A stretch of 64,000 bases of DNA from IMG/VR virus record IMGVR_UViG_3300037400_002380; one strand, given 5' to 3'. Shown here one piece after another: positions 58,571-64,000 of the stretch. Position 1 is the stretch's first letter, and every line of letters starts with the position of its first letter. Source of the DNA: an uncultured virus (IMG/VR IMGVR_UViG_3300037400_002380). Taxonomy: Duplodnaviria > Heunggongvirae > Uroviricota > Caudoviricetes. The position numbers and the translations under genes are program-made. The notes below the pieces were generated by a model, which saw nothing but the letters and a program-made list of their open reading frames with translations, was not told the origin of the DNA and ran no database searches.

Positions 58571-58936
58571 ATGGAATATACGTTTGAGAACATGCAGCGG
58601 ACTGTCCAAAAGATAAAGGACGAAGAAAATCTTTCATGGAAACAGATGGCAGAACTGTTTGGTTTCAAAACACCAAATTCTGTCAACCAGTATGCTACGG
58701 GTTCAAAAAAATACTCTCCAAAAGCGTTCCGTCGGCACTTTGGACCGATTGAACAGTATTGGAAGAGTGAAAAGAAACCCAAAGCAGAACAAGTTGAGGC
58801 AGTTGTTGAGGAGAAACCGGAGGAAAAGCCGCAGGAAACTGAAAAAGACGGAATCGTCCTGAGTTGCAAGACGGTTGAGGAACTTGTGAAATTGTTAGAC
58901 ATTGTCGGATACAGAATGGAGGTGATAAAGAAATAG
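58571..58936 (+). CDS. XRE-like HTH protein (cassette, paralogue of 58075)
   Basis: LSWKQMAELFGFKTPNSVNQYATG; motif at 58505. Confidence 0.6.
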   Translation: MEYTFENMQRTVQKIKDEENLSWKQMAELFGFKTPNSVNQYATGSKKYSPKAFRRHFGPIEQYWKSEKKPKAEQVEAVVEEKPEEKPQETEKDGIVLSCKTVEELVKLLDIVGYRMEVIKK

Positions 58937-59012
58937 TCACTTGTAAACCGGGTGCGAGGCTCAGCAAGGGTCACACACCCTTTTTATTTTTTTCATATAA
59001 GGAGAATAAATT

Positions 59013-60377
59013 ATGAACTCTAAGCTTGTAACGACAACCATCTTATCACCCAATCATTCGGGAAAGAGGTGCCACAAAGTAACCCGCATAACGCCTCACT
59101 GCATGGTTGGACAGCTAAGTGCTACTGAATGTGGGCATCTCTTTGCGAATGCTCACTACGAGGCGTCAAGCAACTATGGTATCGGGACTGGTGGCGTAAT
59201 TGGTCTGTATGTTGACGAGGACAACCGGTCATGGTGCTCAAGCTCTGCAGACAACGACAACCGTGCTATCACCATTGAATGTGCATCCGACACTAAGCAT
59301 CCTTACGCCATGAACCAGCAGGTATGGAATTCGCTTGTGGAACTCTGCACTGATATTTGTGTGAGGTATGGCAAGACTAAGACGATCTGGTTCAACGACA
59401 AGGCTACGACCCTTGCTTATGTGCCAAAAGACAATGAAATGATATTTACAGCCCATCGGTGGTTTGCTGCTAAGGCGTGTCCTGGTGATTGGCTGTACAA
59501 AAGGATGGGCAAATTGTCTGAAGAAGTCAATAAAAAGCTCTCTCAGACTACGTTTTGGCCAGAAAAAGAGATCGAACGGCCTAAAACAGGGGTGATCTAT
59601 GATACAGAAGAGGACCGCGAGAGGGATATCTGGCACTTTTTCAAGGTCAACAGTGACTTCAACGACTTCGGAATCGCTGGACTTATGGGAAATTTATATT
59701 CTGAAAGCGCTCTTAGACCCAACAATCTGCAGAATTCTTTCGAGAAGAAGCTGAAAATGACCGATAAGTCCTATACAACGGGTGTAAACGACGAAACTTA
59801 TAGCCGTGAGCAGTTTATCAACGATGGCGCTGGCTATGGATTGGCTCAGTGGACCTTCAGAACACGGAAAGCTGCCCTTTATGACTTCATTTTGGGTGGT
59901 GCGAACGGTCATTTGGCCTCGATCGACGATTTATATTTGCAGTGTGCGTTCCTTCTGAAGGAATTGGTGCAGTACAAAGAGGTTTACAAGGTCCTTTCCA
60001 AGGCTGTCAGCGTCAAACAGGCGTCTGATATTGTCCTGACACAGTTCGAAAAGCCTGCTGATCAGAGTAATTCGGTCAAAAACAAGCGTGCGGCCTTCGG
60101 AAAAGTCTATTATGACAAGTATTCCGACGCTAAAAAGGACGTCGTGAAGGAAAATCTGGGCTTTTATATTCAGTATGGCGCCTTCAGCACGAAGAAAAAC
60201 GCTGAAAAGAGACTTGCTGAGATCGAAAAACACGGTTTTGAGGGAAAAGTTGAGAAATTTGACGGCTATTATCGTGTAATTCATGGATATTTCAAGGATC
60301 GAAGTGAACTTGATGGCATTGTTTCGGCTGCAAGAAGTAAGAAGTTCGATGTTATTGTCAAAGAAAGGAAGGTTTGA
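59013..60377 (+). CDS. Endolysin: amidase_2 + phage-lysozyme-like + SPOR domains
   Basis: ITPHC, SSNYGIG, AITIECA, HRWFAAKACPG; AGLMGNL..ES, GYGLAQWT, FEKPA; IQYGAFSTKKNA. Confidence 0.85.
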   Translation: MNSKLVTTTILSPNHSGKRCHKVTRITPHCMVGQLSATECGHLFANAHYEASSNYGIGTGGVIGLYVDEDNRSWCSSSADNDNRAITIECASDTKHPYAMNQQVWNSLVELCTDICVRYGKTKTIWFNDKATTLAYVPKDNEMIFTAHRWFAAKACPGDWLYKRMGKLSEEVNKKLSQTTFWPEKEIERPKTGVIYDTEEDRERDIWHFFKVNSDFNDFGIAGLMGNLYSESALRPNNLQNSFEKKLKMTDKSYTTGVNDETYSREQFINDGAGYGLAQWTFRTRKAALYDFILGGANGHLASIDDLYLQCAFLLKELVQYKEVYKVLSKAVSVKQASDIVLTQFEKPADQSNSVKNKRAAFGKVYYDKYSDAKKDVVKENLGFYIQYGAFSTKKNAEKRLAEIEKHGFEGKVEKFDGYYRVIHGYFKDRSELDGIVSAARSKKFDVIVKERKV

Positions 60378-62038
60378 TAGCTATGTTGTGGTATAGAGTA
60401 CAAATTGGAGCCTATGCTCTGAAGAAATCTGCTGAAAAAGTGTCCGTCGACCTGATCGAGAAGGGGTTTAAGACCGCTATCGTCCATGAAGGACTGCTTT
60501 ACAAGGTCAGAGTCGGCAGTTTCCAGGATAAAGCGAAGGCCGAGAAGGTTCTGGCACGTGTCCATGAGCATAAAAACTACAGAAAAGCGAAGATTCTTGA
60601 GTGGGACGATGGCGTAAAGATCGGTGAAAAGCACGGAACCGGCGTGATTATTCGTGAAAACGAGGCTAATCAGGTCCTCACCATGATCGAAAACAGATAT
60701 TTGGACCGCGATGACGCTCATAAGAGGGTTATGGCGGACTTCAATGCGCTTGCGGACAAGGTCGGAAAGCCTCATATGAAGGACACCAGTGGATGGTGTA
60801 CAGAAACCCTGGTGTCTGCGTTCAATCTTTGTGGTCTTTTGGACCTTGTTGGGTATGCTACAGGCGCTCCTGCTCTGAAAAAGAATGCTAAAGAGCGTGG
60901 TACGTGGATCAGTGGGACTCCGGATCACTACGAACCCGGTGATATTTGCGTTTATCAGAGTGATGCCGGCGACCCTAACCATGTAGAAATCAGTATTGAT
61001 CAGGAATGGAACTATACTGGCAACCGTAATGGTGGATGCCATAAGCGTAAAAAGACTGATCGACACAGCAAACTCAACGGCGTGATCAGACCTAAATACA
61101 AGACTATTGATATTCCGGTTGATGACGACGATACGGCTTTGGTCGATTACAATCCCAGGATCGATCTTGTAGCTATCTGGCTCAGTGAGACCCATGAGAG
61201 CAAGTATGGTGATGCTCAGGTCTTTATTGAGTATGGTCCTGACGACAAGACCATTGCCCATGCTGTGCTTGTGGATACTGGTCAGAATGGATGCGACACC
61301 ATTGCAAAGCTTAAGAAACTTGGGGTTAAGACTCTGGATGCCGTTGTGATCTCTCATGCCCATGGCGATCACTATGGATATTTGAAAGAGATTCTTAATC
61401 AGTTCAAGGTTCTGCATCTGTATTTGCCTGGGATTGCGGGTCTTAAGAAGTATCAGAAGAGCTATGCTACAGCCATTCAGAATCAGGAAACGAGGGCTAA
61501 GAAGCTCGGTATTCCTGTCACTTATATGACTACTGGATCGTCGTTTACCATCGGACACATCGAATGTGAGTGCGTTTATCAGGTTCTTGCCAGTGATCTG
61601 AGCGAGCACGACAACCATCACTTCGTCAATAACCAGTCCACTGTATTGATATTTACTTTGGAAGGTGTTGGTAAGGTTCTGTTAACTGGCGATCTGAGTA
61701 ATCCTGGAAACAGGGTTGTTATGAAGAAAGTTCCTCGTGAATATTTGCAGGCTGACATTGCCAAGTGCGGATGGCATGGTGATGGTAATGCTATGACCAT
61801 TGACTGGGCCAAGTTCATCGGTGCTTGGGCTTGGTACTGGAATTATCACCATGCTATGCGTAAGGGCGGACGTCAGAATACCTTAAAGAAATTGAAGAAT
61901 GCCGGGGTTCTTGAGAAACATATCTACAGGAACTATGAAGATGGCGACATCACCTTCTCCTACAAGAACGGATCCTGGACTATTACCAAGTCCAAAGACA
62001 GTAAGAACCATGAGGTAGTTAAGTCCAGGTTCACTTGA
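60374..62038 (+). CDS. SPOR + CHAP-like + metallo-beta-lactamase-fold (ComEC/Pce-like) hydrolase
   Basis: YRVQIGAY / YKVRVGSF; WC....S...PGDI...HV; LVDTG, ISHAHGDHYG, NNQS, LLTGD, WHG. Confidence 0.75.
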   Translation: MIAMLWYRVQIGAYALKKSAEKVSVDLIEKGFKTAIVHEGLLYKVRVGSFQDKAKAEKVLARVHEHKNYRKAKILEWDDGVKIGEKHGTGVIIRENEANQVLTMIENRYLDRDDAHKRVMADFNALADKVGKPHMKDTSGWCTETLVSAFNLCGLLDLVGYATGAPALKKNAKERGTWISGTPDHYEPGDICVYQSDAGDPNHVEISIDQEWNYTGNRNGGCHKRKKTDRHSKLNGVIRPKYKTIDIPVDDDDTALVDYNPRIDLVAIWLSETHESKYGDAQVFIEYGPDDKTIAHAVLVDTGQNGCDTIAKLKKLGVKTLDAVVISHAHGDHYGYLKEILNQFKVLHLYLPGIAGLKKYQKSYATAIQNQETRAKKLGIPVTYMTTGSSFTIGHIECECVYQVLASDLSEHDNHHFVNNQSTVLIFTLEGVGKVLLTGDLSNPGNRVVMKKVPREYLQADIAKCGWHGDGNAMTIDWAKFIGAWAWYWNYHHAMRKGGRQNTLKKLKNAGVLEKHIYRNYEDGDITFSYKNGSWTITKSKDSKNHEVVKSRFT

Positions 62039-62055
62039 TATTCTGAGAGGTTAAT

Positions 62056-62223
62056 ATGGGGGACAAGAAAAGAGGCAGACCTAAGAAACGTTATCTAGTA
62101 AGAAAGACCAAAGAGATCAGACTGAGGCTCTCGCCGTTGCAATATGATCAAATTAGAGTCCGCGCAGAGAGAGATGGCGTGTCTATGAGCGAGTATATTC
62201 GCAGTCTTTTACCTATTTTTTAG
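62056..62223 (+). CDS. 55-aa ribbon-helix-helix (MobC/CopG-like) DNA-binding protein
   Basis: MGDKKRGRPKK...IRLRLS..QYDQI...A..DGVSMSEYIRSLL; translated by hand. Confidence 0.6.
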   Translation: MGDKKRGRPKKRYLVRKTKEIRLRLSPLQYDQIRVRAERDGVSMSEYIRSLLPIF

Positions 62224-62650
62224 GCCTACAAAAAATAAAAATCTCTGCCCACTTTTGAGTTTTTGAAAGTGGGCAAAACCCACTTTTTTTTGGCCATTGA
62301 CATAAAGTCGATTTTTGAGGCCTACAAAAAATAGAAAAAATGGGTATTTTTTAGGCCTACAAAAAATAGTTTTTTGGCCAAAAGCCCACTTTTGCCCACT
62401 TTCGAAATGGCCAAAAATGGGCAGAAAATGGGCAAAATTTGATTTTTTGTAGGCCTCATAAATAGCGAAAAAATGCCAAAAAACGCCCAAAAACGGCCTT
62501 TTTTATTTTTTAGGCCTACAAAAAATAGAGAGCTCTGGCCAAAAACCCACTTTTATTTTAAATTAATTGCGAAAAAAAAAATAATAATTATATAGTAATT
62601 AACGAAAAAAAGTGGGCTTTTGGCCAGAGAATTTTTGTAGGCCTAAAAAT
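62222..62650. repeat. Iteron-rich non-coding region, putative replication origin
   Basis: AGGCCTACAAAAAATA at 62222, 62318, 62353, 62512 and inverted at ~62442, ~62631; CCCACTTT repeats; AT-rich core 62555-62607. Confidence 0.7.
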
Positions 62651-62720
62651 TCATTGATATTTTAGGCAGATTTATCTCCCAGTTTCATGGTACAATAAAA
62701 GAAACGAAAGGAGGTAAAAC

Positions 62721-62930
62721 ATGAACTTTTTCAACCCACAGAGAATCACAGCCATGCTTACAGGAGAATACATCTGCCCAGAATGTGGAAGCCGATTGAT
62801 ATTTGAAGACGAGTGGGAAACCGTTTTGGTATGCCCATGTTGTGGTAACAGTATTGAACTGGATAGATACGGTTTTACAGATGATGAATATGAATCGCTC
62901 TATCCGACAGAAGATGAACTTGACAATTGA
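62721..62930 (+). CDS. Zinc-ribbon protein
   Basis: CPECG...CPCCG; RBS AAAGGAGG; terminator at ~62952-62985. Confidence 0.6.
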   Translation: MNFFNPQRITAMLTGEYICPECGSRLIFEDEWETVLVCPCCGNSIELDRYGFTDDEYESLYPTEDELDN

Positions 62931-63102
62931 TATTTTGGTTTTGTGCTTGAATGGGCCTCGCAGCTTTGCGGGGCTCTTTTCTTTTGCTATTTTTCTCTTC
63001 GCAATAATTACAGTTCCTTTTATGAAAGGAAGAGAGTATAAAGTGCCAAATTTGACACTTCTCTTCCTTTTCGTTTTTCTGGATATTTGAAAGGAGTATT
63101 AA

Positions 63103-63399
63103 TTGGGACGAAGAGAAAACGATTTTCAAGCAAAACTCATTAAGGATTTGGAAACGCGATTTCCTGGATCCATAGTGACTAAGCTTGATTCATCGCACAT
63201 TCAGGGTATTCCAGATCTATTGATATTATACAAAGATCGATGGGCAACTCTTGAATGCAAAAGAGACAAAAAAGCAGCAAGACAACCTAATCAAGAAATT
63301 TATGTTGATCGAATGAACAGCATGTCATTTTCTAGGTTTATCTATCCAGAAAACAGAGAGGAGGTTTTGAGTGAACTTCAACACGCATTCGAATCTTGA
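63103..63399 (+). CDS. VRR-NUC / Holliday-junction-resolvase-like nuclease
   Basis: RENDFQ..GIPDLLIL...LECK...PNQ. Confidence 0.8.
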   Translation: MGRRENDFQAKLIKDLETRFPGSIVTKLDSSHIQGIPDLLILYKDRWATLECKRDKKAARQPNQEIYVDRMNSMSFSRFIYPENREEVLSELQHAFES

Positions 63400-63928
63400 G
63401 GGCAAACATGCCTTTCTTGGTGCGAGTAAGTATCACTGGATATTTTACGACGATGCAAAAGTCGCAGAAGTATACAAGAGAATGCTTGCCACTCAGAAAG
63501 GAATAGAACTTCATGCGTTTGCTGCCCAGTGCATCAAGCTTAGACAAAAGTTGCCTCCGTCTAAGAAGACCTTGAACAAGTATGTAAATGATGCTATTGG
63601 GTATCGCATGAAGCCGGAACAAATTTTGTATTATTCTCCAAACTGCTTTGGCACAGCGGATGCTATTTCATTCAATAACAATTTACTTAGGATCCACGAT
63701 CTTAAGACAGGTGTTATACCGGCACACATGGAACAGCTTGTAGTGTATGCTTCATTGTTCTGTCTTGAGTACGGTGTTAAACCAGGGTCTATTGATTTTG
63801 AACTTAGAATCTATCAATCAGATGACATTTTAATTTCCAATCCAACTGTTGAGGACATTGCTCCGGTTATGGACAAAATCATAACATTTGACAGAATCAT
63901 TAATGATATTTCCAAGGAGGAAGAATGA
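63371..63928 (+). CDS. PD-(D/E)xK (Cas4/RecB-like) nuclease
   Basis: GIELH, PEQ, GTADAI, IHDLKTG, QL..Y motifs. Confidence 0.75.
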   Translation: MNFNTHSNLEGKHAFLGASKYHWIFYDDAKVAEVYKRMLATQKGIELHAFAAQCIKLRQKLPPSKKTLNKYVNDAIGYRMKPEQILYYSPNCFGTADAISFNNNLLRIHDLKTGVIPAHMEQLVVYASLFCLEYGVKPGSIDFELRIYQSDDILISNPTVEDIAPVMDKIITFDRIINDISKEEE

Positions 63929-64000
63929 TGGCCTTTGAAGAAGATTTTTTGATGCACTATGGAGTTGGCAAACTTGATGGATCTCCTGGAAGAGGTTCTG
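63925..64000 (+). CDS. 5' end of a gene truncated by the window edge, with an LMHYG N-terminal motif
   Basis: RBS AAGGAGG; MMAFEEDFLMHYGVGKLDGSPGRGS. Confidence 0.6.
   Translation, partial: MMAFEEDFLMHYGVGKLDGSPGRGS

Larger units (their letters stand above)
30778..63024 (+). promoter_or_regulatory. Dispersed 24-nt motif CGC-N7-RCR-N7-TTAT(R), 24 copies in the right arm plus one at 1379
   Basis: Starts at 30778, 30958, 31029, 31673, 32619, 32951, 33266, 34171, 35419, 36512, 44081, 44465, 45304, 45761, 46142, 46525, 48953, 49374, 51300, 51830, 52230, 58013, 58505, 63000; invariant spacing; all on +; located upstream of RBSs or RNA hairpins. Confidence 0.85.

Noticed and set aside
62209..62490. 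Minus-strand 93-aa ORF
   Set aside because: Translation of the iteron region; repetitive and without an RBS
63371..63928. Cas4-like nuclease as part of the Cas7-like system
   Set aside because: It is 10 kb away beside VRR-NUC; solo PD-(D/E)xK nucleases are ordinary phage genes
1..64000. Stop-codon reassignment
   Set aside because: Core genes are intact in the standard code and end in TAA, TAG and TGA; only one internal TGA was seen

Overview
The window is most of a ~65-70 kb temperate siphovirus genome in its excised (attP-intact) form, probably infecting Clostridia such as Lachnospiraceae. All credible genes are on the + strand. The left arm (1-28.9 kb) carries HNH, terminase, portal, a protease-capsid fusion, two tandem major tail proteins, tape measure, tail/receptor-binding genes and holins. 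It also has four genes sharing an N-terminal HHGxxGxxWGVRR motif. The centre holds a tyrosine integrase and a putative attP that supplies a replacement RBS and start (MKLGIV) for host ychF. The right arm (30.8-64 kb) is built from small cassettes, each opened by a fixed-geometry 24-nt motif (CGC-N7-RCR-N7-TTAT, 25 copies) and closed by a hairpin/U-tract. Some cassettes contain only structured RNAs, one of them tRNA-like. The right arm also has a helicase-primase-PolB fusion, SSB, SNF2 helicase, ThyX-like and GH114-like genes, two multidomain cell-wall hydrolases and a putative origin. The standout is a lone Cas7/RAMP-like gene (52535-53137) followed by a ~530-nt non-coding array. In that array conserved NGY triplets alternate with variable dinucleotides (5-nt period) in 31/36/41/46-nt units, making it a candidate minimal RNA-guided system with non-contiguous guides rather than a CRISPR array. 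All family calls come from motif recognition by eye; no searches were run.
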